Assembly (NCBI GenBank): GCA_045644145.1
Contig: JAZRGK010000025.1
Span: 11,853 to 75,852, forward strand
Length of the DNA stretch: 64,000 bases
Direction of reading: 5' to 3'
Source: Candidatus Flemingiibacterium sp.
GTDB taxonomy: Bacteria; Bacillota; Clostridia; Oscillospirales; CAG-272
The translations under genes and the position numbers were made by a program. The notes beneath the pieces were generated by a model. It saw only the letters and a list, made by a program, of their open reading frames with translations, did not search any database and had not been told where the DNA came from. Of this stretch, positions 36,983-44,208 are shown piece after piece. The number at the start of each line of letters is the position of its first letter. The first letter of the stretch is position 1.

Positions 36983-38137
36983 TTGATAAAGATATCAAAC
37001 GGAAAAATAATCACCTCCGACAGCATCATCAAGACAAACCTTTACATAGAAAACGGCGTCATCTCCGCACTCACCGAAAATGATCTTCCGGCAGATCAGA
37101 TCATAGATGCAGGCGGAGATTATGTTTCGCCGGGATTTATTGATACCCACGTCCACGGCGGCGCGCTCTGCGACTTCGGCGATAACGACGCTGAAAGCAT
37201 CAAAAAAATTTTGAGTACTCACTTTAGGCACGGAACTACCACTATTCTCCCTACGATATGTTCAAGAAGGCTATCTTCTCTCGGCGACCAGATTGAGCTT
37301 ATACGCCGAGTATCCGTCGGTGACGGCATGCCGCATGTACCGGGCATACATCTTGAGGGGCCTTATTTGGCGGTAGCACAATCAGGCGGCATTGCACCGG
37401 ATTGTATGAGCGCACCAAACAAGGAAGAATATGAGGAGCTTATTTCGCGGCACGGCGATTTTATTGCAAAAATGACCTTTGCTCCGGAGCTTGACGGCGC
37501 AAAGGAACTGTTTCTGCATCTTAAGAAGCACAACATTCTCCCAACAGTGGGGCACACTGATGCCACCATAGACGATATCGAAGAATACCGCAGTATGGGA
37601 CTTACCATGTTCACACACCTATACTCATCCATGTCCTCCATCACACGCCGTGACGGTTACCGAATTCTCGGCACCGTTGAAGCGGCTTACTATTTCGGAG
37701 ATATGTACACAGAAGTCATTGGCGACGGCATACATCTTCCGCCAAAGTTACTTGAAATGATATACCGTTTCAGGGGTGCGGATCGGATTTGCCTTATCAC
37801 CGATGCCATACGCGGAGCAGAGGTGCCGGATAGTCAGCTCGGAATACTCCGGGACAAATACAACTGTGTAATTGAAGACGGCATCGGAAAGATGCCCGGC
37901 AAAAACTGTTTTGCCGGAAGTGTGGCAACAACCGACCGTCTTATCAGAGAAATGCGTCCCATTGCAGGACTTGTGGATTCGGTAAAGATGCTGACCAAAA
38001 CCCCTGCCATTGCCCATAGGATAACTAACAAGGGCGAGATCAAAGTGGGATACGATGCAGACATCCTGATTTTCGACGAGAACATAAGTATAAGGAAAAT
38101 ACTCTTAAAGAAAAACAATAAAACGGTAATTTATTAA
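36983..38137 (+). CDS. nagA: N-acetylglucosamine-6-phosphate deacetylase
   Basis: 384 aa with a TTG start after an AAGGAGAG SD. It has amidohydrolase motifs FIDTHVHGG and the HLEGPY region. Confidence 0.9.
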   Translation: MIKISNGKIITSDSIIKTNLYIENGVISALTENDLPADQIIDAGGDYVSPGFIDTHVHGGALCDFGDNDAESIKKILSTHFRHGTTTILPTICSRRLSSLGDQIELIRRVSVGDGMPHVPGIHLEGPYLAVAQSGGIAPDCMSAPNKEEYEELISRHGDFIAKMTFAPELDGAKELFLHLKKHNILPTVGHTDATIDDIEEYRSMGLTMFTHLYSSMSSITRRDGYRILGTVEAAYYFGDMYTEVIGDGIHLPPKLLEMIYRFRGADRICLITDAIRGAEVPDSQLGILRDKYNCVIEDGIGKMPGKNCFAGSVATTDRLIREMRPIAGLVDSVKMLTKTPAIAHRITNKGEIKVGYDADILIFDENISIRKILLKKNNKTVIY

Positions 38138-38150
38138 GGAGGATCACACC

Positions 38151-38879
38151 ATGGAAATAAGAATTTGCAAAAACCCCGAGGAGCTTGGAAAGAGCGCCGC
38201 AAAGGAAACCGCACAGATACTGCGCGACGTAATTGCAGAGAAAGGCTCGGCGCGTATCGCCCTCTCAACCGGAGCATCTCAGTTTGACACTATCAAGGCT
38301 CTTGTAAAAGAGGACGTTGATTGGAGCAAGGTTGAAATGTTCCACCTTGACGAATATGTTGATCTGCCTATCACACACAAGGCAAGCTTCCGCAAATATC
38401 TCAAGGAACGCTTCTGCGATTTTGTGCCCACCCTCAAAGCAGCTCATTTTGTAGACGGCACACCGGAGGGTATTGCGGCACTTACCGAAGAAATCACCAA
38501 ATCCCCTATTGACATCGGTCTTATCGGCATCGGCGAGAACACCCATATCGCATTCAACGATCCACCCGCAAACTTCGATACTGATGAATCTTACATCGTA
38601 GTAAATCTCGATGAGGCATGCCGACGTCAGCAGATGGGTGAGGGCTGGTTCCCCACATTTGACGACGTGCCGAAGCAGGCTGTATCAATGACTGTAAGTC
38701 AGATAATGAAGTGTGAGCGCATAATCTCCTGCGTTCCTTATGCTGTTAAAGCGGATGCCGTAGAAAAGACCATCCATACTGCCGAAACCACACCCTATGT
38801 TCCTGCAACCAAGTTAAAGGAGCACAAGAATTTCATTCTGTATCTTGATATGGATTCTGCGGCAAAGATTCTGAAATAA
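38151..38879 (+). CDS. nagB: glucosamine-6-phosphate deaminase
   Basis: 242 aa with ALSTGASQ, FHLDEY and GIGENTHIAFNDP motifs. The SD is AAGGAGGA. Confidence 0.93.
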   Translation: MEIRICKNPEELGKSAAKETAQILRDVIAEKGSARIALSTGASQFDTIKALVKEDVDWSKVEMFHLDEYVDLPITHKASFRKYLKERFCDFVPTLKAAHFVDGTPEGIAALTEEITKSPIDIGLIGIGENTHIAFNDPPANFDTDESYIVVNLDEACRRQQMGEGWFPTFDDVPKQAVSMTVSQIMKCERIISCVPYAVKADAVEKTIHTAETTPYVPATKLKEHKNFILYLDMDSAAKILK

Positions 38880-38907
38880 TCAGTTAAAAAATTTTATACA
38901 TAGTAGC

Positions 38908-38978
38908 AACGGCAAGAGCAAATCCTCGCCCCACAAAGCACCCTTTTCGGTGGTAGGGCAGGACTTGCTCCTGCCGTT
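38908..38978. terminator. long imperfect GC-rich hairpin between convergent nagB and trmL
   Basis: Arms aacggcaagagcaaatcct... / ...aggacttgctcctgccgtt give about 20 bp. The two A/C mismatches become G-U pairs on the minus-strand transcript. TTTTC follows on the plus strand. Confidence 0.55.
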
Positions 38979-39015
38979 TTCACATATTTAAAACTTCGTT
39001 CACACAGTATGCACT

Positions 39016-39537
39016 CTATTCATCCCATTTATAGTGTGTAAGCTCCCCATCCTCGCGAAGTCCCTCAAACTCGCGCTGTCTTAATACCTCGTACACCGCA
39101 ATAGCGGCGGAATTTGAAAGATTCAGCGAGCGAAGTGTATCACGCATGGGTATACGGACACATCTTTCGGGATTCTCATATAAGAGCTCCTCGGGAAGTC
39201 CCTTTGTTTCTTTGCCGAACATAAGGAACACACGCTTCGGATAGGTAACATCCGTGTAGCAGTGCTTGGCTTTTGTAGTAAAGCAGAAGAACTCCGCATC
39301 GGGGTTTTTAAGAAAAAAGTCCGAAAGCCCGTCGTAATAAGTAATATCAAGCTTATCCCAATAGTCAAGACCGGCACGCTTTAATTTGCGGTCATCTATC
39401 TCGAAGCCGAGAGGACGCACAAGATGCAGCGCCGCTCCCGTTGCCGCACATGTACGGGCAATATTCCCCGTGTTCTGAGGAATTTCGGGTTCTACCAAAA
39501 CTATATTTATATTTTTCTTTGAAGAAATATTATTCAT
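39016..39537 (-). CDS. trmL: tRNA (cytidine/uridine-2'-O)-methyltransferase TrmL (SpoU/TrmH family)
   Basis: The ATG is at 39537; the track extension to 39684 has no support. Motifs are NIVLVEPEIPQNTGNIARTCAATGA and the C-terminal knot region LNLSNSAAIAVYEVLRQ. Confidence 0.88.
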   Translation of the reverse strand: MNNISSKKNINIVLVEPEIPQNTGNIARTCAATGAALHLVRPLGFEIDDRKLKRAGLDYWDKLDITYYDGLSDFFLKNPDAEFFCFTTKAKHCYTDVTYPKRVFLMFGKETKGLPEELLYENPERCVRIPMRDTLRSLNLSNSAAIAVYEVLRQREFEGLREDGELTHYKWDE

Positions 39538-39628
39538 TTGTTTTTCTCTTTTCAAAATAATCACAGCTTTTTGGGGTACAATACACATGTGAGCATCAGT
39601 AAAATTCCGATCATAACAGGAGAATACC

Positions 39629-40528
39629 ATGCGAAAAATGAGAAGCGACACCGAAAATCTGCGTGATACGCGTATAGCGTACACATTTTTGATTTCCCTA
39701 TCAATAATTTGCCTGATACTTGGACTTCTCGCAACTTCACTGGGTACAAGGCTTCACAAAAATGAGCTTGCAGACTACAGAGGCTCATTGACGCTTTGCT
39801 CCGACGCATTACGGGAGTGGAGTATAGCAGAATCCGCCGAGGAGCGATATGCCGCCGCCATCAGATTCTCCACAGCCGTCGCGTCACTTCCGTCAGAGGT
39901 AGAGCTTGAGCCGCTGTTGTCGCTGTCTAAGCGTATGTATTCGGACAGCGCAGTCCTCACCGACGTTAACACCTACGCCGATACCTTCGCCTTGCTTGCG
40001 GCACTTGAATATACTACACAAGCTGAAGCGCGGGATATTATAGCAAGGACGCTGTCAAGTGTAAAATCCGCGTTATATCCGACACCGCCTCAGTCGGATG
40101 AAGTATCTGCCGTGCTTCCGCCCGAGGTGCTTGCATATACAAAAAAGGCAGTAACGAAGGGTATACGCGCCGTTTTCGGCAACAGCACTATCAGCCTCGA
40201 ACCTGTTTTAAACGAGTCCGGTGACACATTTACAGCGGAAACCGAAAATCTGCGCATGAGCTTTTCCGCATCAGACGGATGCCTTGACAGCTTTATATAC
40301 ATCCGTGTCGGGAATACTCCAACGGCTGAAATGAACGAGTCTGAGCGAATCGCCGCTGTCCGCGATTTTTTTGCTCGTACACGCCACCGCGGAGCGATAA
40401 CGAATATAACCAAATCCGAGGAGCTTTGCGGTTTTCTCCTTGCAGACATCACCGCCGGCGGTGAAACATACAGGGCATCCGTTGACCGTCACGGCAGAGT
40501 ATGGAGCATAACGAAAGTAAAAAGGTGA
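39629..40528 (+). CDS. hypothetical membrane-anchored protein (possible PepSY/YpeB-like C-terminus)
   Basis: 299 aa with an AGGAGAA SD, one N-terminal TM helix (IAYTFLISLSIICLILGLLATSL) and an Ala/Ser-rich ectodomain. I saw no diagnostic motif. Confidence 0.6.
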   Translation: MRKMRSDTENLRDTRIAYTFLISLSIICLILGLLATSLGTRLHKNELADYRGSLTLCSDALREWSIAESAEERYAAAIRFSTAVASLPSEVELEPLLSLSKRMYSDSAVLTDVNTYADTFALLAALEYTTQAEARDIIARTLSSVKSALYPTPPQSDEVSAVLPPEVLAYTKKAVTKGIRAVFGNSTISLEPVLNESGDTFTAETENLRMSFSASDGCLDSFIYIRVGNTPTAEMNESERIAAVRDFFARTRHRGAITNITKSEELCGFLLADITAGGETYRASVDRHGRVWSITKVKR

Positions 40529-40546
40529 TGAAAAAGCTTCATCACC
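40524..40546 (-). terminator. terminator after rpsT
   Basis: The 9-bp stem ggtgatgaa-aaagc-ttcatcacc is followed on the minus strand by TTTTTAC. It contains the stop codon of the convergent gene. Confidence 0.65.
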
Positions 40547-40567
40547 AAAATTACATATTAAGAGCGA

Positions 40568-40834
40568 TTACGCACCAAGGTTGTTGAGCTTTACTGTGTA
40601 GTTGCTCTTCTTTCTTGCAGCGTTGTTCTTGTGGAGAAGACCCTGAGCTACTGCCTGGTCGATCTTCTTAACTGCTGCCTTATAAGTTTCAGCAGCTGCA
40701 GCCTTATCACCGGAAGCGAGTGCTGCTTCGTACTTCTTCATAGAAGTCTTAAGCGCGGTCTTGAGCATCTTATTCTGCATAGTCTTAGCTTCGATAACCT
40801 TAACGCGTTTCTTTGCGGATTTAATGTTCGGCAA
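40568..40834 (-). CDS. rpsT: 30S ribosomal protein S20 (TTG start)
   Basis: The GAAGGAGGTG SD is followed 6 nt later by TTG CCG AAC ATT AAA..., giving (M)PNIKSAKKRVKVIEAKTMQNKMLK...NLGA*. The track ORF 40568-41008 over-extends through the promoter. Confidence 0.93.
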   Translation of the reverse strand: MPNIKSAKKRVKVIEAKTMQNKMLKTALKTSMKKYEAALASGDKAAAAETYKAAVKKIDQAVAQGLLHKNNAARKKSNYTVKLNNLGA

Positions 40835-40936
40835 ACTGTTCACCTCCTTCAAATTCTTCTGCATTAGGCTTTGACTGTACAGTTTTAGCCTGATGCAGCC
40901 GGGGCCCATAGCTGTATAAACAGCATTTCTCGATAT

Positions 40937-40965
40937 ATCATACCACAATTTTTTCAAAATATCAA
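40937..40965 (-). promoter_or_regulatory. sigma-A promoter of rpsT
   Basis: Reverse strand reads TTGATA-17 nt-TATGAT with a TG extension (TGTGGTATGAT). Confidence 0.6.
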
Positions 40966-41036
40966 GAGGTTTTTGAAAATTTCTCAAAAAATATTTTATT
41001 TTTTTCAATTACATCACTATAATTCGGTATCTGCTA

Positions 41037-41065
41037 TTTACAAAGCGGCGCACTTATACTATAAT
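41037..41065 (+). promoter_or_regulatory. near-consensus promoter with no gene directly downstream (candidate sRNA promoter or upstream P1 of the tRNA operon)
   Basis: TTTACA-17 nt-TATAAT on the plus strand, about 300 nt upstream of tRNA-Gly. Confidence 0.45.
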
Positions 41066-41311
41066 ATTTTGCAAACTGTCCGTCATATTCGCGAACGCCA
41101 AAATACATCCGACCGCGCGGTTTTGGAGATTTCTCGCATGAACATATAAAAACAAGACACTTATCTAAAAAACAGGCAGTTTTGGGAGACTGGATGCAAC
41201 CCCGCATCCATGCTTAAATGATAGTATAGTCAAATATCCCCAAGCTTTGGACTGCTGTTTTCGGCAGTTATCTTTTACTTGCAATATTTTAAAAAAATTT
41301 TATTTTACCTA

Positions 41312-41340
41312 TTGACAAACAAAAACGGTTGTGATATAAT
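41312..41340 (+). promoter_or_regulatory. strong sigma-A promoter of the tRNA-Gly/tRNA-Val operon
   Basis: TTGACA-17 nt-TATAAT with a TG extension (TGATATAAT) and an A/T-rich UP-like tract upstream. The -10 element ends 26 nt before tRNA-Gly. Confidence 0.75.
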
Positions 41341-41366
41341 ATCACATGTTGAGTCAAACACCACCT

Positions 41367-41442
41367 GCGGATTTAGCTCATTTGGTAGAGCGCGACCTTG
41401 CCAAGGTCGAGGTGGCGGGTTCGAGCCCCGTAATCCGCTCCA
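41367..41442 (+). tRNA. tRNA-Gly (anticodon GCC), CCA encoded
   Basis: I folded the cloverleaf by hand: acceptor GCGGATT/AATCCGC, D arm GCTC/GAGC, anticodon stem CGACC/GGTCG with loop TTGCCAA, T arm GCGGG-TTCGAGC-CCCGT, then TCCA. Confidence 0.93.
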
Positions 41443-41464
41443 ATTTTTCGGCTGTGCCGAAAAT

Positions 41465-41540
41465 GGAAGCTTAGCTCAGCTGGGAGAGCATCTGCCTTAC
41501 AAGCAGAGGGTCACAGGTTCGAGCCCTGTAGCTTCCACCA
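41465..41540 (+). tRNA. tRNA-Val (anticodon TAC), CCA encoded
   Basis: The hand-folded cloverleaf has acceptor GGAAGCT/AGCTTCC, D arm GCTC/GAGC, anticodon stem TCTGC/GCAGA with loop CTTACAA, T arm ACAGG-TTCGAGC-CCTGT, then ACCA. Confidence 0.93.
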
Positions 41541-41575
41541 AAAAATCCAAGTCGAAAGACTTGGATTTTTTATTT
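41541..41575 (+). terminator. rho-independent terminator of the tRNA operon
   Basis: Stem aaaaatccaagtc-gaaa-gacttggattttt followed by a T-run. Confidence 0.85.
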
Positions 41576-41693
41576 GTGTCCGTAGGACACCACACCATTT
41601 GACCGAAGGTCGGGATTATTATGAGCATAGCGAATACATCATTGTCCGGTCGCGGACACAAAACGATGTTGCACTTAGCTTGACAAATCATCT

Positions 41694-42554
41694 CTATTTC
41701 AGCAGCATATACAGATTTTTTTCAAGCCTCAAACCCTCGCGGCGCGGCGTATCATATTTTGCGGTGTCGTTTATCATCTCTGCGGTTACAATGCAGGCAG
41801 AATCCACGGCGTAGTGAAAATCCTCGCCTGAAAGCAGTTTGCCCAGAACTACAGATGCAAATAAATCGCCTGTTCCGGGATAACCGTACTTTATTTTCTG
41901 TATTATGTGCATGCTTTCTTGATTCTTGCATGTGCTGTCGTAGGATATGGTGGCGATACGGTCATCAGACAGCTCGATTCCCGTAAGAGCTAACTGCTTG
42001 GTGCCGTATAACTCAGTAAGCTTGATGCGAAGCCGTTCAGCCTCTGCAAGCGCCTCGTGCGGCGGAAGCTTACTTGTATCGCGGTATTCCTCACCACAGA
42101 GAAGATACGCTTCGGTGAGATTGGGCGTCAGAATGTCCGCTTTGTGGCACAATTCACGCATCCTTTGGCACATCTCCTCGGTGTAAGTCTGATATACCTC
42201 GCCGTCATCGCCCATTACGGGGTCAACCAGCACAGGGCCGTTTCCGCCGAACATCTCTATTGCACGGGCGACGGTATCGATCTGCCCCGCGCTTCCGAGA
42301 AAGCCTGTGTATATGGCATCGAAACGCATATCCATCATTTTATAGTGGCCGAGGGTTGGCTGCATGGTGTCGCTGAGGTCGCAGAATACGATGTTGTCGA
42401 ATCCGCCCGTATGGGTGGAAAGAAGCGCGGTGGGAAGCGGTACAACCGCTACGCCCATTACCGAGAGTGCAGGTATAATAACCGTCAGCGCGCATCGTCC
42501 AAAGCAGGAAAGATCGTGGACGGCAAGTATTCGTTTTGTATCGTCTTGGAGCAT
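41694..42554 (-). CDS. pdxK: pyridoxal/pyridoxine/pyridoxamine kinase (PdxK/PdxY, ribokinase-like)
   Basis: The ATG at 42554 follows a GGAGG SD. The sequence is MLQDDTKRILAVHDLSCFGRCALTVIIPALSVMG..., with a C-terminal GTGDLFASV anion-hole motif. Confidence 0.82.
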   Translation of the reverse strand: MLQDDTKRILAVHDLSCFGRCALTVIIPALSVMGVAVVPLPTALLSTHTGGFDNIVFCDLSDTMQPTLGHYKMMDMRFDAIYTGFLGSAGQIDTVARAIEMFGGNGPVLVDPVMGDDGEVYQTYTEEMCQRMRELCHKADILTPNLTEAYLLCGEEYRDTSKLPPHEALAEAERLRIKLTELYGTKQLALTGIELSDDRIATISYDSTCKNQESMHIIQKIKYGYPGTGDLFASVVLGKLLSGEDFHYAVDSACIVTAEMINDTAKYDTPRREGLRLEKNLYMLLK

Positions 42555-42662
42555 ATGAAAGCCTCCGAGGATTTTCGTTATACTATATTGTACCACAGTT
42601 TTTGCCGGTTGTCAAACAAAAACGCACTTTAGCGCGGAGTTCTTTGAATATATGTGGAAACC

Positions 42663-42696
42663 GCGGTAGGGGAGGACCAAGGCCCTCCCCTACCGC
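42663..42696. terminator. perfect 13-bp GC-rich hairpin after the RHH gene
   Basis: Stem gcggtaggggagg-accaaggc-cctcccctaccgc. The T-run is weak (GGTTTCC on the minus strand). Confidence 0.5.
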
Positions 42697-42713
42697 ATGA
42701 TGTTTGATAATAC

Positions 42714-42893
42714 TTACTTGCTTTCCTTTTTGCCTATCGGAATTTCGCCGTGGCGCTCCTCGAAACGCTCGATGAGATTGCGTACCATCACCGTAATCTG
42801 ACCGTTTGCGCTGCGACCTTCATAGTCGGCGATATAATGTAATTTGTGCAGCATTTCTTCGTCAAGACGAAAAGATATACTCTTTATAGCCAC
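42714..42893 (-). CDS. ribbon-helix-helix (Arc/CopG-like) DNA-binding protein, 59 aa
   Basis: I translated this by hand from GTG 42893, which follows a GAGGTGA SD: MAIKSISFRLDEEMLHKLHYIADYEGRSANGQITVMVRNLIERFEERHGEIPIGKKESK*. It shows a beta-strand (ISFRL) followed by two helices, as in RHH proteins. It is below the ORF-track cutoff. Confidence 0.75.
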   Translation of the reverse strand: MAIKSISFRLDEEMLHKLHYIADYEGRSANGQITVMVRNLIERFEERHGEIPIGKKESK

Positions 42894-43025
42894 AGAATCA
42901 CCTCATTGTTAACATATTATGCATTTATTTTAACTCAAAATGATGCTATAATGTAGCTATAGATGCAATTAGAATCTATAATAGCTGGTAATTAGATGTA
43001 CCAAATACAATCAGAGGTGATTCAT

Positions 43026-43355
43026 ATGAAAGTAGCAGTAATAGGTTCACGGAATTTGGCAATAAAAAATCTTGGGGATTTTATTCCCGAGGGAACTACG
43101 GAGATCGTGTCGGGCGGCGCAAGGGGGATAGATAGCTGTGCCAGAGAATACGCACACGCAAATGGAATAAAGCTTACGGAATTTCTCCCCGAATACGACC
43201 TCTACGGACGTGCGGCACCTATAAAGAGAAACTACCTGATAATCGACTACGCCGATATCGTCTTAGCCTTTTGGGACGGGACATCCAGAGGTACAAAAAT
43301 GGTAATCGATACCTGCAAAAAGATCGGGAAAGAAATAAGGGTATATACCAAGTGA
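43026..43355 (+). CDS. small SLOG/DprA-like Rossmann protein (DUF2493-like)
   Basis: The ATG at 43026 follows an AGAGGTGA SD. The 109-aa product MKVAVIGSRN...IVSGGARGIDSCAREYA...VLAFWDGTSRGT shares the GxxxGID motif with the DprA encoded in this window (SGAAYGIDSAA). Confidence 0.75.
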   Translation: MKVAVIGSRNLAIKNLGDFIPEGTTEIVSGGARGIDSCAREYAHANGIKLTEFLPEYDLYGRAAPIKRNYLIIDYADIVLAFWDGTSRGTKMVIDTCKKIGKEIRVYTK

Positions 43356-43391
43356 AATAAGCTCGCCTGCCAAAGTGCAGACGAGCTTATT
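43356..43391. terminator. bidirectional hairpin between convergent genes
   Basis: The 15-bp stem aataagctcgcctgc-caaagt-gcagacgagcttatt has one mismatch and fills the 37-nt gap between the two stop codons. Confidence 0.7.
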
Positions 43392-43392
43392 T

Positions 43393-44115
43393 CTATTTCT
43401 GCTTTTCAATACCCTTGTGGAGATCGCCCGAGGTGAACTTTATAGCGCGCTCTACTGCATCCTTGGCGTTGCCCCATGGCTCAGCATCGTAGCGGTAGTC
43501 AAATTTTTTGCAGAACCAGCTTACATCGCCGCGAAGCTCGTCAAAATATGTGTTTACCACCGTGGAAACTTCCTTATAGAAGTCGCCGAACAGCTTCTTG
43601 GACAGTCCTTTTCTGCCGTATTCCACAAACATACGGTAGTGGGGCAGGCATATGTATGGCTGTGCGCGGAGCTTCTCGCGGAAGGATGAATCCTGCTCCC
43701 ATAACAGCACCGCCGTTTCAAACATCTTTGACAGCGAAAATTCAATGCGTCCGCATACATAGCAGGTAGAATCAAGCTTTTCCAGGCGCTTCATCGGCTC
43801 AACTCCCACGCCTTTCAGCGCCGCAAGCCCTCTGCCGCTTGTTTCTTCGCGGAGTTCATTAAGATGGCTCTCAAGCATGAGTGCCATTCCAAGACGGTTC
43901 TTTCTTGTGAACATCATATCGTAGTGGGTTTTGCAGAATCCCAGCTCATTGGTTTTTATGCGAACATCCGGCTCCATCATGGAAGCACCCAGTATAAGCT
44001 CAAGCTCGTTTTCTTCAAGTCTATTGTGAAGAGCACAAAACGGGCATCCGCAGGCGTGATCGTCCCGCGAGGCTTCAAAGGCTTCATTTACCGGTATTGT
44101 ATATATTTTTTCCAT
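43393..44115 (-). CDS. uncharacterised protein with duplicated CxxC...CxxH module (DUF6062-like)
   Basis: The ATG at 44115 follows an AGGAGAA SD; the track extension to 44178 is unsupported. The 240-aa product has two modules: CPFC-x33-CKTH and CYVC-x34-CLPH. Confidence 0.75.
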   Translation of the reverse strand: MEKIYTIPVNEAFEASRDDHACGCPFCALHNRLEENELELILGASMMEPDVRIKTNELGFCKTHYDMMFTRKNRLGMALMLESHLNELREETSGRGLAALKGVGVEPMKRLEKLDSTCYVCGRIEFSLSKMFETAVLLWEQDSSFREKLRAQPYICLPHYRMFVEYGRKGLSKKLFGDFYKEVSTVVNTYFDELRGDVSWFCKKFDYRYDAEPWGNAKDAVERAIKFTSGDLHKGIEKQK

Positions 44116-44208
44116 AGTTTGTTCTCCTGTATGTGCTTGACTTATTAACATTATACCTTTATAATAGAAATAAAGCAAGTGTTATTTTTTAAATTTACGG
44201 AGATTTTT

